In this document: piece by piece, positions 18,802 through 28,527 of the stretch
Layout: each line of letters begins with the position of its first letter
Numbering within the stretch: position 1 is the stretch's first letter
Source: Bacillus subtilis subsp. subtilis str. 168
Lineage (GTDB): Bacteria; Bacillota; Bacilli; Bacillales; Bacillaceae
NCBI RefSeq assembly: GCF_000009045.1
Contig: NC_000964.3
Coordinates: 1,290,001-1,322,000 of the forward strand
Reading direction: 5' to 3'
DNA length: 32,000 nucleotides
Program-made: the position numbers and the translations under genes
Notes under the pieces: generated by a model
The model's database searches: none
What the model was told of the DNA's origin: nothing
Seen by the model: only the letters and a program-made list of their open reading frames with translations

Positions 18802-19803
18802 ATGGTAACCATAAAAGATATCGCAAAACTCGCAAACGTATCCCACACTACTGTTTCCAGAGCACTCAACAACAGCCCTTACATCAAAGAACATACGAAG
18901 AAAAAAATATTAGAGCTAGCAGAGCAGCTCAACTATACACCAAATGTAAATGCGAAAAGTCTGGCGATGCAAAAGTCGCATACGATCGGGCTATTCTTTA
19001 CAAGCATTACAAACGGAACCTCACACAGCTTCTTTGCAGACACTATCAAAGGCGTCAATCAAGCCATAAGTGAGGATTACAATCTGTATGTGCGCGGCAT
19101 TGATGATCTGAAAAACTATGACTCCGTTACACCGATGAGATATGACGGCATCATTTTAATGAGCCAAAGTGACATTGATAATTCTTTTATTTACCATATT
19201 CGCGAAAAAAACATTCCGCTTGTCGTGCTGAATCGTGATATTGATGATCGTACCATCACGAATATTTTGTCCAATGACAAGGAAGGCTCTCAAGAAGCTG
19301 TAGAATACTTCATTCAGTCCGGACATCAAGACATCGCCATCATCGAGGGGATCGAAGGCTTTAAATCCTCCCAGCAGCGAAAGGAAGGGTACTTATCCGC
19401 ACTGATTCAACATCATATTCCGATCAAGCATGAATACAGTGTCAAAGGACAGTACGATATGGAAAGCGGCTTTCAAGCGATGGAGCGGCTGCTGGCACTG
19501 CCGAATCCTCCAACCGCTGTTTTTTGTTCGAATGATGACATGGCAATCGGAGCGATGAATGCGATATTCGCAAAGGGCCTGCGCGTTCCTGATGATATTT
19601 CGGTGATCGGGTTTGATGATATTGGGTTTTCACAGTACATCACGCCAAGGCTTTCAACAGTAAAGCGCCCAGTGGAGAAAATAAGCGTGCTCGGTGCGCA
19701 AAAACTCTTGTCGCTGATCAGCGAGCCCGAAACAAAAGCAGAAAAAATCTTGGAAAACACAGAATTTATGGTGCGTGATTCAGTCAGACGATTGACGACG
19801 TGA
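18802..19803 (+). CDS. exuR: LacI-family transcriptional regulator of hexuronate genes
   Basis: 333 aa; N-terminal HTH TIKDIAKLANVSHTTVSRALNNSPYI; position between exuT and uxaB. Confidence 0.95.
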   Translation: MVTIKDIAKLANVSHTTVSRALNNSPYIKEHTKKKILELAEQLNYTPNVNAKSLAMQKSHTIGLFFTSITNGTSHSFFADTIKGVNQAISEDYNLYVRGIDDLKNYDSVTPMRYDGIILMSQSDIDNSFIYHIREKNIPLVVLNRDIDDRTITNILSNDKEGSQEAVEYFIQSGHQDIAIIEGIEGFKSSQQRKEGYLSALIQHHIPIKHEYSVKGQYDMESGFQAMERLLALPNPPTAVFCSNDDMAIGAMNAIFAKGLRVPDDISVIGFDDIGFSQYITPRLSTVKRPVEKISVLGAQKLLSLISEPETKAEKILENTEFMVRDSVRRLTT

Positions 19804-19879
19804 TGTCCCGTTTTTCAGCGGGCATTCTTTATACAGAAAAATGTTAACGTGTGCATAAAGTGAGAGGGAGGCAATAAGG

Positions 19880-21322
19880 GTGCAGAAGCTGAATAAAAAT
19901 GTGTACGATCACTATACTCAGTATCCAGAAAAAATTCTCCAATTCGGAGAAGGAAACTTTCTTCGGGGATTTATCGATTGGCAGATTGATCAATTGAATC
20001 AACACACTGATTTTAATGGGAGCGTGGCAGTTGTCCAGCCAAGAGGCTCAGAAAAAATCAAACGATTAAATGAGCAAGATGGATTATATACACTTTTTTT
20101 ACAAGGAATGAAAGACGGAGAAGCGGTAAACGAGCATATGATTATCAACTCAATCAGCCGGGGAATTGACCTGTTTTCTGATTATGAAGCATACAAAGAA
20201 TTGGCATCAAGCGAAAGGCTTCGGTTTATTATCTCCAACACCACTGAGGCTGGGATTGTATGTGATGAAAAAGATCGTTTAGAGGATAGGCCGCAAAAAA
20301 CATTCCCTGGGAAATTAACTGCATTTCTTTACTTTCGCTATCAGGCTTTTAAAGGAGATCAGACAAAAGGGTGTGTCCTGATCCCATGTGAACTGATCGA
20401 GAATAACGGTGAAAAGCTGAGGGAAACGGTTCTTCATTATGCACATCTGTGGAAGCTGGAGGAAGGATTTACACAGTGGATTCATGAGGCCAATACATTT
20501 TGTAATAGTTTAGTAGACCGGATTGTTCCGGGTTTTCCCGTCGACAGCATTGATGAGATCACGGCAGATCTTGGCTATCAGGATGATTTGATAGTTGTGG
20601 GAGAGCAATATTATTTGTGGGTTATCGAGGGGCCTGATTGGATTGGAAAAGAACTTCCCTTTGCGGCTGCAGGGCTGCATACAAAGATCGTCAGCGACCT
20701 CACCCCATACCGGACTAAAAAAGTAAGAATTTTAAATGGCGCTCATACAGCAATGACGCCAGTGGCTTTATTATACGGCTTGAAGACTGTTAGGGATGCA
20801 GTCGAGCATCCGGAAGTGGGGCGATTTATAAGAGAGCTGATTGATGACGAAATTCTTCCTGTTTTAAAAATGGAAGGTCTTTCTCAGTATGCTGACGATG
20901 TGCTGAACCGTTTTAAAAACCCGTATATTAAGCATTACCTGGAAAGCATTGCATTGAACGCCATTTCCAAATTCAAAACGAGAAACCTGCCGACTCTTAA
21001 GGAATATGCTGAACAAAAGGGACAGCTTCCTGAACGCTTGGTGTTTTCTTTCAGCGCTCTTCTGTATTTTTATCATGATAACGAGACATTGCAGGATGAT
21101 CCGGCAGTTCTTCAATTTTTCAAAGAGGTTTGGTGTCAGGAGGATGGCGACATGCTTCGGATTGCATCAAGAGTGTTAGGCGAACAGCGGCTGTGGGGGG
21201 CAGATCTCAATGAGATACCGAAGCTGACTGATAGAGTCGCTGTTTACTTGAATCATATTCATGAGCTGGGCATGCAGAGGGCTCTTGAACAATACTGCAT
21301 ACAAGGGGGAGAGGTACGTTGA
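19880..21322 (+). CDS. uxaB: Tagaturonate reductase (altronate oxidoreductase)
   Basis: 480 aa; ILQFGEGNFLRGFIDWQIDQLN, mannitol-dehydrogenase family. Confidence 0.95.
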   Translation: MQKLNKNVYDHYTQYPEKILQFGEGNFLRGFIDWQIDQLNQHTDFNGSVAVVQPRGSEKIKRLNEQDGLYTLFLQGMKDGEAVNEHMIINSISRGIDLFSDYEAYKELASSERLRFIISNTTEAGIVCDEKDRLEDRPQKTFPGKLTAFLYFRYQAFKGDQTKGCVLIPCELIENNGEKLRETVLHYAHLWKLEEGFTQWIHEANTFCNSLVDRIVPGFPVDSIDEITADLGYQDDLIVVGEQYYLWVIEGPDWIGKELPFAAAGLHTKIVSDLTPYRTKKVRILNGAHTAMTPVALLYGLKTVRDAVEHPEVGRFIRELIDDEILPVLKMEGLSQYADDVLNRFKNPYIKHYLESIALNAISKFKTRNLPTLKEYAEQKGQLPERLVFSFSALLYFYHDNETLQDDPAVLQFFKEVWCQEDGDMLRIASRVLGEQRLWGADLNEIPKLTDRVAVYLNHIHELGMQRALEQYCIQGGEVR

Positions 21323-22812
21323 AGTCGTTTATAAAGATTCATAAGCAAGATAATGTCCTTCTTGCTCTGCGGGATATTCAAAAGGGAGAGAGGCTGCATG
21401 CTTACGGCGTGTCGATTGAAGTAAAGGATGATATAAAAAGAGGCCATAAGATTGCATTGCAGTCTATCAAAGAAAACGACAGCATCGTCAAGTACGGGTT
21501 TCCAATCGGTCATGCATCACAAGATATCTCGATCGGAGAGCATATTCATGTCCATAATACGAAAACAAACCTGTCTGATATCCAATTATACAGCTATACA
21601 CCGAGATTTGATGAAAATCCGTATTCTAATGAGAACCGGACGTTTAAAGGTTTTAGAAGAGAAAACGGAGATGCGGGTGTACGGAATGAATTGTGGATTG
21701 TCCCAACTGTCGGCTGTGTCAATGGAATAGCAGAAAAAATGCTGCAGCGTTTTGTCAGAGAAACAGGGGATATCGCTCCATTTGATAACGTACTGGTGTT
21801 AAAGCATCAATACGGATGCTCGCAGCTTGGCGACGATCATGAAAATACGAAGCAGATCCTGCTGAATGCCATTCGCCATCCAAATGCCGGCGGCGTCTTG
21901 GTGTTAGGGCTTGGCTGTGAAAACAATGAGCTGGCAAGAATGAAGGAAGCACTGCAAGATGTGAACTTGAAGCGGGTGAAGTTTCTGGAATCCCAGTCGG
22001 TGACCGACGAAATGGAGGCAGGCGTTGCTTTGCTGAAGGAAATTCATGAAGCGGCCAAAGGAGATAAGAGAGAAGACATTCCGCTGTCTGAACTGAAGAT
22101 CGGGCTGAAATGCGGAGGTTCGGACGGTTTTTCCGGCATAACCGCAAACCCGCTGCTTGGACGTTTTTCAGATTATCTCATTGCACAGGGAGGGAGTACT
22201 GTGCTGACGGAAGTACCGGAAATGTTCGGCGCAGAAACCATCCTGATGCAGCGGGCTGCCAATGAAGAAGTGTTTCATAAGATAGTCGATTTAATCAATG
22301 ATTTCAAACAATACTTTATTAAACATGATCAGCCGGTGTACGAAAATCCTTCACCGGGCAACAAAGCGGGCGGCATTTCTACACTTGAGGATAAATCGCT
22401 GGGCTGTACGCAAAAAGCGGGGATTTCTCCTGTCACGGATGTCTTGAAATACGGTGAAGTACTCAAGACAAAAGGGCTGACTCTTTTGAGCGCACCGGGC
22501 AATGATTTGATCGCCTCCTCCGCATTGGCGGCTGCCGGCTGCCAAATTGTCCTCTTTACAACGGGAAGAGGCACGCCGTTTGGCACCTTTGTCCCGACGG
22601 TGAAAGTAGCGACAAACACCGAGCTGTATGAGGCGAAGCCGCATTGGATTGATTTTAACGCAGGCCTTTTAGCAGAGGATGATGTTCATGAGGAATATGT
22701 GCTGCGTGAGTTTATCCACTATATGATTGAGGTGGCAAGCGGCCAGCTTGTGAACCATGAAAAAAATGATTTCAAAGAACTCGCCATTTTTAAATCGGGT
22801 GTGACGTTATAA
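21319..22812 (+). CDS. uxaA: Altronate dehydratase
   Basis: 497 aa; SAF-like N-terminus, FKGFRRENGDAGVRNELWIVPTVGCVN; 4-nt overlap with uxaB. Confidence 0.95.
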   Translation: MKSFIKIHKQDNVLLALRDIQKGERLHAYGVSIEVKDDIKRGHKIALQSIKENDSIVKYGFPIGHASQDISIGEHIHVHNTKTNLSDIQLYSYTPRFDENPYSNENRTFKGFRRENGDAGVRNELWIVPTVGCVNGIAEKMLQRFVRETGDIAPFDNVLVLKHQYGCSQLGDDHENTKQILLNAIRHPNAGGVLVLGLGCENNELARMKEALQDVNLKRVKFLESQSVTDEMEAGVALLKEIHEAAKGDKREDIPLSELKIGLKCGGSDGFSGITANPLLGRFSDYLIAQGGSTVLTEVPEMFGAETILMQRAANEEVFHKIVDLINDFKQYFIKHDQPVYENPSPGNKAGGISTLEDKSLGCTQKAGISPVTDVLKYGEVLKTKGLTLLSAPGNDLIASSALAAAGCQIVLFTTGRGTPFGTFVPTVKVATNTELYEAKPHWIDFNAGLLAEDDVHEEYVLREFIHYMIEVASGQLVNHEKNDFKELAIFKSGVTL

Positions 22813-22818
22813 TAAGAA

Positions 22819-22845
22819 AAGGCTATCCTTCAAGCGGATAGCCTT
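22819..22845. terminator. Terminator between convergent uxaA and yjnA
   Basis: AAGGCTATCC-TTCAAGC-GGATAGCCTT. Confidence 0.75.
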
Positions 22846-22850
22846 CTTCA

Positions 22851-23615
22851 TTAAATCAATTTTAAACCGCTGACTAAAATAATGGAAGCCATAATAAATT
22901 GCAGTGGACGCGGGGAGAATCGAGGCGAAAGATGGCTCCCGATCAGTACGCCGGGAATTGAACCGAGGAGCAGATTAGCTGCCAGCATGTAATCCACGCT
23001 TCCGAAGCTTGCGTTCAAAATGCCTGCTGCCGTAACAAGAAGAAAAGCATGCGCGATATCGGTTCCGACAATCTGTGACGCTTTCATGTTAAATAAGTAA
23101 ATCATGGCGATTGCAAATAATGAGCCGGACCCGATTGATGTTAATCCGACGATAAACCCAAACACAACACCAATAAGAATTGTCAGCGCCCTCTTATTTT
23201 CAAGCGGCATCAGCTGCCAGCGGTTGGGGCGAAGTTTTCTATCCAAAAACAAACGAACGATGATTGAAATGGCAACCAGCGTTAACACATATCCTAGAGC
23301 GTGCTTAATAATTTCTTCCTGATGCTGGTGAAAGGCGGGGAACAAATGCAATATGCCAATGGCTAGCGAAGCACTCGGAATACTGCCGATGGCTAAGTAT
23401 TTTACCAATTTAAAGTTAATCGTTTTCTGCCGCCAATGGGAGGCAACGCCAAACAGCTTTGTGATCGAGTTATATACAAGATCCGTACCGACCGCGATGG
23501 AAGGATTAATTCCAAGCACAATTAAAAGGGGAGTTAATAAGGCCGCTCCACCCACTCCCGTCAATCCGACTAAGGCTCCGACAAACAAACCCATCAATAT
23601 GATGCTTACACTCAT
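22851..23615 (-). CDS. yjnA: TauE/SafE-family sulfite/sulfur-compound exporter-like membrane protein
   Basis: 254 aa; GLFVGALVGLTGVGGAALLTPLLIV and a repeated GLTSIGSGSLF. Confidence 0.88.
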   Translation of the reverse strand: MSVSIILMGLFVGALVGLTGVGGAALLTPLLIVLGINPSIAVGTDLVYNSITKLFGVASHWRQKTINFKLVKYLAIGSIPSASLAIGILHLFPAFHQHQEEIIKHALGYVLTLVAISIIVRLFLDRKLRPNRWQLMPLENKRALTILIGVVFGFIVGLTSIGSGSLFAIAMIYLFNMKASQIVGTDIAHAFLLVTAAGILNASFGSVDYMLAANLLLGSIPGVLIGSHLSPRFSPRPLQFIMASIILVSGLKLI

Positions 23616-23795
23616 GATAAAGGCCTCCTGAAAACCCGACTATTTTTATCAGATTATATATGATTAGGACGCGTTAATCAATTAAATTTTTTGAATTTTT
23701 GCACGTTAGTTGCTTGAAATTTTGGTATGCTCAATATCTCTATTCATTTGCCCTATAATGAGTGTCTGGACGAAATCGAGAAGTACTAAAGGCGC

Positions 23796-23829
23796 AAAAA
23801 AAAGATACCTCTTAACAGGTATCTTTTTT
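23796..23829 (-). terminator. Intrinsic terminator after yjoA (minus strand)
   Basis: AAAAAAGATACCT-CTTAAC-AGGTATCTTTTTT. Confidence 0.85.
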
Positions 23830-23839
23830 CTTGTTTACG

Positions 23840-24304
23840 CTACATGCGCTGCTGATAGAAAGGAAGCTCAGTGTGGCCCATTTCCCGCACATACACGAAC
23901 AGGTTGCCTTTATGGTGAATTTCATGCTCCATTGCAAGCTGAAGCAGCGCGCGGCCTGTGACTTTTCTGCCGAAAGCGGATGTCAGATCAATTTCTCTGT
24001 CCAGCTGCTCTTCAGTCAGCTGTTCAAGGATAGCGACCGTTTTTTCTGTATATGTTTTTGCCAGAACATTGAGATCTGTTTCTGTTTCTTCCTGCTTGTT
24101 TTGAAATGGTGAGGCATTGCCTTCCTTAATGACATTTGCGAACAAGTGGAAAGACGTAAGAATGTGTTTGACCAGCTCTTCTGCTGACATTGATGTTTCT
24201 GCCGGTTTGTAGCTGTAATGGTCTTTGCTGATTTTTTCGGCAAGCTCATTGGTCACGTTTCGATGGGATAAAAAATGGCTGACAATTTGATTGGATTGGC
24301 ACAT
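23840..24304 (-). CDS. yjoA: DinB-family protein
   Basis: About 154 aa from MCQSNQ; HHKGNLFVYVREMG and DinB-type conserved His residues; upstream rc sequence has a GGAGGAG RBS before this ATG. Confidence 0.85.
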   Translation of the reverse strand: MCQSNQIVSHFLSHRNVTNELAEKISKDHYSYKPAETSMSAEELVKHILTSFHLFANVIKEGNASPFQNKQEETETDLNVLAKTYTEKTVAILEQLTEEQLDREIDLTSAFGRKVTGRALLQLAMEHEIHHKGNLFVYVREMGHTELPFYQQRM

Positions 24305-24389
24305 TATGATCTCCTCCATATGTAAAAATAAATGGTGCAATGAAATCCTATATCAACGGTTATGAATTCACAAGTAATATGCTGTGGGA

Positions 24390-24415
24390 TGAAACAAAAT
24401 GCTATGTCAATCGTA
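24390..24415 (+). promoter_or_regulatory. SigW-type ECF promoter for yjoB
   Basis: TGAAAC-N16-CGTA, matching the SigW consensus. Confidence 0.85.
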
Positions 24416-24452
24416 TATATAACGTTCACAAAACATGAAATGGAGTATAAAC

Positions 24453-25724
24453 ATGACTAACATACCTTTCATTTATCAGTACGAAGAAAAAGAGAATGAA
24501 AGAGCTGCGGCGGGCTACGGCACTTTCGGTTACCTTATCACACGGATTGAAGAAACGCTTTATGATCAATACGGTGTATTCTATGAGCTCTATGCCAGTG
24601 ATGATCCAAATACGGAATACTGGGAGCTTCTTGTAGAAGATGTCCGCAGCGGTTCATTGGAGCCTGAGCATGTGGCATATATATTTGAAAAGCTTGAAAA
24701 GAAAACCTTTGCTTACGATGAAGATGAGAAAGAACCGGATTATACCGTCCATAAGTCTATAAGAAACAGTGTATACGCGTATCCTGAAAAGGGAGTTGCT
24801 TTTGCCAGAATTCCATATTTTCAAGATGGGAGCATTATGAGTTTTGATTGTCTGTTTGCGGTTAACGATGAAAAGATGCGTGCATTTCTGGAGGGAGTCA
24901 GACCGCGTCTTTGGGAAAAAAGCAAGCGGAAAGTGACCGTGTTTACGGATGGAGATGGAGGGACTTCAAGAGAGCAGGAAGCCATTGTCAGAGAGGTTCA
25001 GCGGAGTCAAGTCATCATGAATCCGCTATTGAAAAAAGAGATATACAGATCAATTGATCAGTTTTTTCATAGTGATAAATCGTTTTATCAAACATATGAC
25101 ATCCCTTACAAGCGCGGCATTCTGTTATATGGACCTCCTGGAAACGGAAAGACGACGTTAGTGAAGTCGATCGCAGGCAGTATCGATGCACCTGTTGCTT
25201 ATTGGCAAATTACTGAATTTACGTCGAGCGAGACAATAGAAGAAGTCTTTCAGGCAGCGAGACGCCTCGCTCCTGCAGTTCTGGTCATCGAGGATATAGA
25301 TTCGATGCCGGAAGATGTGCGGTCCTTTTTTCTCAATACGCTGGACGGCGCGACATCAAAAGAGGGGCTATTTCTCATCGGTACGACAAACTATCCCGAA
25401 GAGATCGATCCAGGTTTGATGAATCGTGCAGGACGATTTGACCGTGCCTATGAAATCGGGCTTCCGGATGAAGAGCTGCGGCTGGAATATATGAAAATGA
25501 GAGGCTTTGGCATCTTTTTGAGTGAAGGAGAAATAAAAAACGCCGCAAAACTTACAGAAGGCTTTTCCTTTGCACAGCTGGGAGAATTATATGTATCTTC
25601 AGCCCTTCAATGGCACCAAGAAGGGAATCACCATATTGAAACCATGGTGAAAGACATGACAGGAGAGCAAAGAAAAAGCCAGCGGGGAAGCTGGATGGAA
25701 AGAAACAAAGTCGGTTTTCACTAA
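24453..25724 (+). CDS. yjoB: AAA+ ATPase (BCS1-like organisation), putative chaperone
   Basis: 423 aa; Walker [10 protein letters not shown], Walker [33 protein letters not shown]. Confidence 0.93.
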
Positions 25725-25727
25725 AAG

Positions 25728-25761
25728 AAAGCACGGGTGTTTGAAAAACCCGTGCTTTTTT
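25728..25761 (+). terminator. Intrinsic terminator after yjoB
   Basis: AAAGCACGGGT-GTTTGAAAA-ACCCGTGCTTT followed by T residues. Confidence 0.9.
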
Positions 25762-25762
25762 G

Positions 25763-25778
25763 TTGCGGTTAGCCGAAA
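25763..25778 (+). promoter_or_regulatory. ComA box upstream of rapA
   Basis: TTGCGG-TTAG-CCGAAA, one mismatch to TTGCGG-N4-CCGCAA; a second TTGCGG half-site lies at 25787..25792. Confidence 0.75.
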
Positions 25779-25797
25779 TTCGACAATTGCGGTTATT

Positions 25798-25827
25798 TTG
25801 CGTTCTTCTTTTTCTTGTAAATATGAT
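25798..25827 (+). promoter_or_regulatory. SigA-type promoter for rapA
   Basis: TTGCGT-N18-TATGAT; weak -35, compatible with activation by ComA. Confidence 0.6.
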
Positions 25828-25868
25828 AAAATATGACATATCTCGGGTAATTCAAAAGGGGGGATTAA

Positions 25869-27005
25869 TTGAGGATGAAGCAGACGATTCCGTCCTCTTA
25901 TGTCGGGCTTAAAATTAATGAATGGTATACTCATATCCGGCAGTTCCACGTCGCTGAAGCCGAACGGGTCAAGCTCGAAGTAGAAAGAGAAATTGAGGAT
26001 ATGGAAGAAGACCAAGATTTGCTGCTGTATTATTCTTTAATGGAGTTCAGGCACCGTGTCATGCTGGATTACATTAAGCCTTTTGGAGAGGACACGTCGC
26101 AGCTAGAGTTTTCAGAATTGTTAGAAGACATCGAAGGGAATCAGTACAAGCTGACAGGGCTTCTCGAATATTACTTTAATTTTTTTCGAGGAATGTATGA
26201 ATTTAAGCAGAAGATGTTTGTCAGTGCCATGATGTATTATAAACGGGCAGAAAAGAATCTTGCCCTCGTCTCGGATGATATTGAGAAAGCAGAGTTTGCT
26301 TTTAAAATGGCTGAGATTTTTTACAATTTAAAACAAACCTATGTTTCGATGAGCTACGCCGTTCAGGCATTAGAAACATACCAAATGTATGAAACGTACA
26401 CCGTCCGCAGAATCCAATGTGAATTCGTTATTGCAGGTAATTATGATGATATGCAGTATCCAGAAAGAGCATTGCCCCACTTAGAACTGGCTTTAGATCT
26501 TGCAAAGAAAGAAGGCAATCCCCGCCTGATCAGTTCTGCCCTATATAATCTCGGAAACTGCTATGAGAAAATGGGTGAACTGCAAAAGGCAGCCGAATAC
26601 TTTGGGAAATCTGTTTCTATTTGCAAGTCGGAAAAGTTCGATAATCTTCCGCATTCTATCTACTCTTTAACACAAGTTCTGTATAAACAAAAAAATGACG
26701 CCGAAGCGCAAAAAAAGTATCGTGAAGGATTGGAAATCGCCCGTCAATACAGTGATGAATTATTTGTGGAGCTTTTTCAATTTTTACATGCGTTATACGG
26801 AAAAAACATTGACACAGAATCAGTCTCACACACCTTTCAATTTCTTGAAGAACATATGCTGTATCCTTATATTGAAGAGCTGGCGCATGATGCTGCCCAA
26901 TTCTATATAGAAAACGGACAGCCCGAAAAAGCACTTTCATTTTATGAGAAAATGGTGCACGCACAAAAACAAATCCAGAGAGGAGATTGTTTATATGAAA
27001 TCTAA
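25869..27005 (+). CDS. rapA: Response regulator aspartate phosphatase RapA (Spo0F~P phosphatase), TTG start
   Basis: 378 aa; TPR-containing Rap family protein, YYSLMEFRHRVMLDYIKP; followed by overlapping phr gene. Confidence 0.96.
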   Translation: MRMKQTIPSSYVGLKINEWYTHIRQFHVAEAERVKLEVEREIEDMEEDQDLLLYYSLMEFRHRVMLDYIKPFGEDTSQLEFSELLEDIEGNQYKLTGLLEYYFNFFRGMYEFKQKMFVSAMMYYKRAEKNLALVSDDIEKAEFAFKMAEIFYNLKQTYVSMSYAVQALETYQMYETYTVRRIQCEFVIAGNYDDMQYPERALPHLELALDLAKKEGNPRLISSALYNLGNCYEKMGELQKAAEYFGKSVSICKSEKFDNLPHSIYSLTQVLYKQKNDAEAQKKYREGLEIARQYSDELFVELFQFLHALYGKNIDTESVSHTFQFLEEHMLYPYIEELAHDAAQFYIENGQPEKALSFYEKMVHAQKQIQRGDCLYEI

Positions 27006-27129
27006 ATGGATGTCAGGTTTGTTGCTCGTTGCGGTCGGGTTCAGCTTTACTCAGGTGATGGTTCATGCAGGTGAAACAGCAAACACAGAAGGGAAAACAT
27101 TTCATATTGCGGCACGCAATCAAACATGA
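26995..27129 (+). CDS. phrA: Phosphatase RapA inhibitor pre-peptide; exported, with C-terminal pentapeptide ARNQT
   Basis: MKSKWMSGLLLVAVGFSFTQVMVHAGETANTEGKTFHIAARNQT; signal peptide; overlaps the end of rapA. Confidence 0.95.
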   Translation: MKSKWMSGLLLVAVGFSFTQVMVHAGETANTEGKTFHIAARNQT

Positions 27130-27133
27130 TGCA

Positions 27134-27158
27134 TAAAAAAAGACCCTTAGGGCTTTTT
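27134..27158. terminator. Terminator between convergent phrA and the downstream minus-strand gene
   Basis: AAAAAGACCC-TTA-GGGCTTTTT, stem with one bulge. Confidence 0.65.
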
Positions 27159-27414
27159 ATTTCTTCAGCTTCCATTCTTTTATCGTCAGCTCAGAAGATC
27201 CACTTGCCACCAGCGGATCCGCATGGCCGATTTCCGCTGCCTCTTCCAGTGAATCTGCTTCGATGACATACGCTCCGCCTGTGGCGTCGCTGAATGGCCC
27301 AAACATTTTTAAACGTTTTTCTGCCTGTAAACGATCCAGAAATTCATAGTGCCCAGCCACATGCTCCTGATTAAATTTCTCCGTTCTCATTGTCAGCATT
27401 AAATATGTATACAT
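27157..27414 (-). CDS. YciI-like small protein (about 85 aa), probably the locus called yjpA
   Basis: MYTYLMLTMRTEKFNQEHVAGHYEFLDRLQAEKRLKMFGPFSDATGGAYVIEADSLEEA; ATG at 27414 with CGGAGGGTC RBS. The track's longer version has no comparable RBS. Confidence 0.8.
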   Translation of the reverse strand: MYTYLMLTMRTEKFNQEHVAGHYEFLDRLQAEKRLKMFGPFSDATGGAYVIEADSLEEAAEIGHADPLVASGSSELTIKEWKLKK

Positions 27415-27534
27415 ATTCAGACCCTCCGTGAACTTCAGTTTAACACATTTATCCATATTACGGTGATAGATGATATGAGCTTTTCGTCCTACGAATGCCA
27501 CCTATTTATGAAAAAAGAAAAGGAGAGATGATAG

Positions 27535-28488
27535 GTGAGCATTCCAGTAAAGAAAAATTTGGTTTCTGAGGCGAAATACGCGTTGAAGTGTCCTAATGCA
27601 ATGTCCGCTGAATACATTACCATTCACAACACGGCAAACGATGCATCAGCGGCCAATGAAATCAGCTATATGATCGGGAACACAAGCTCGACAAGCTTTC
27701 ATTTTGCGGTCGATGATCAAGAGGTGATTCAAGGTCTGCCGCTTAACCGAAACGCTTGGCACACTGGTGACGGCACAAACGGTCCGGGAAACCGCAAATC
27801 AATCGGTGTTGAGATTTGCTACAGCAAATCGGGAGGCCCGAAGTATGAGGCAGCTGAAGCCTTGGCGATTTCATTTGTTGCACAGCTGTTGAAGGAGCGC
27901 GGCTGGGGCATCGATCGGGTGAGAAAGCATCAGGACTGGAGCGGAAAGTATTGCCCGCACCGCATTTTATCAGAGGGGCGCTGGGATCAAGTGAAGGCGG
28001 CGATTGAAAAGGAATTAAACGGGGGCGTATCAGCGAAAAAAGCTGCAGTCTCTTCTTCGGCGTCTGAATATCATGTAAAAAAAGGTGACACACTGTCAGG
28101 GATTGCCGCATCACACGGGGCCAGTGTGAAAACGCTGCAAAGCATAAATCATATCACTGACCCGAACCACATCAAAATCGGACAGGTGATCAAACTGCCT
28201 CAGACGGCATCTGCTTCTAAAAGCCATGCCGCATCCTCATATCCGCTCCCATCCGGCGTGATCAAAGTGACAAGCCCGCTGACGCAAGGGACAAAAGTAA
28301 AGCAGGTGCAGACTGCTTTAGCCGCTCTTTATTTTTATCCTGATAAAGGAGCGAAAAATCACGGCGTTGACGGCGTTTATGGCCCGAAAACAGCTAATGC
28401 AGTGAAACGTTTTCAGTCTGTCAGCGGTTTAACGGCTGATGGGATTTACGGTCCGAAAACGAAAGCGAAGATGGAGGAAAAGCTGTAA
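27535..28488 (+). CDS. xlyB: N-acetylmuramoyl-L-alanine amidase, PBSX-type (GTG start)
   Basis: 317 aa; amidase_2 domain (YITIHNTANDASA, HQDWSGKYCPHRI), LysM (YHVKKGDTLSGIAASHG), PG-binding domain (GVDGVYGPKTANAVKRFQ). Confidence 0.95.
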   Translation: MSIPVKKNLVSEAKYALKCPNAMSAEYITIHNTANDASAANEISYMIGNTSSTSFHFAVDDQEVIQGLPLNRNAWHTGDGTNGPGNRKSIGVEICYSKSGGPKYEAAEALAISFVAQLLKERGWGIDRVRKHQDWSGKYCPHRILSEGRWDQVKAAIEKELNGGVSAKKAAVSSSASEYHVKKGDTLSGIAASHGASVKTLQSINHITDPNHIKIGQVIKLPQTASASKSHAASSYPLPSGVIKVTSPLTQGTKVKQVQTALAALYFYPDKGAKNHGVDGVYGPKTANAVKRFQSVSGLTADGIYGPKTKAKMEEKL

Positions 28489-28491
28489 ATG

Positions 28492-28523
28492 AAAAGACGG
28501 AAGCTGTGAAGCTTCCGTCTTTT
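28492..28523. terminator. Bidirectional terminator between convergent xlyB and yjqA
   Basis: AAAAGACGGAAGCT-GTGA-AGCTTCCGTCTTTT, 14-nt perfect arms. Confidence 0.88.
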
Positions 28524-28527
28524 CGCC

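Noticed and set aside
21755-22147. 130-aa minus-strand ORF antisense to uxaA
   Set aside because: Shadow of a conserved enzyme gene; no motif and an implausible composition.
25599-26015. 138-aa minus-strand ORF spanning the yjoB-rapA intergenic region
   Set aside because: Opposite the ends of two real genes, a terminator and the rapA promoter.
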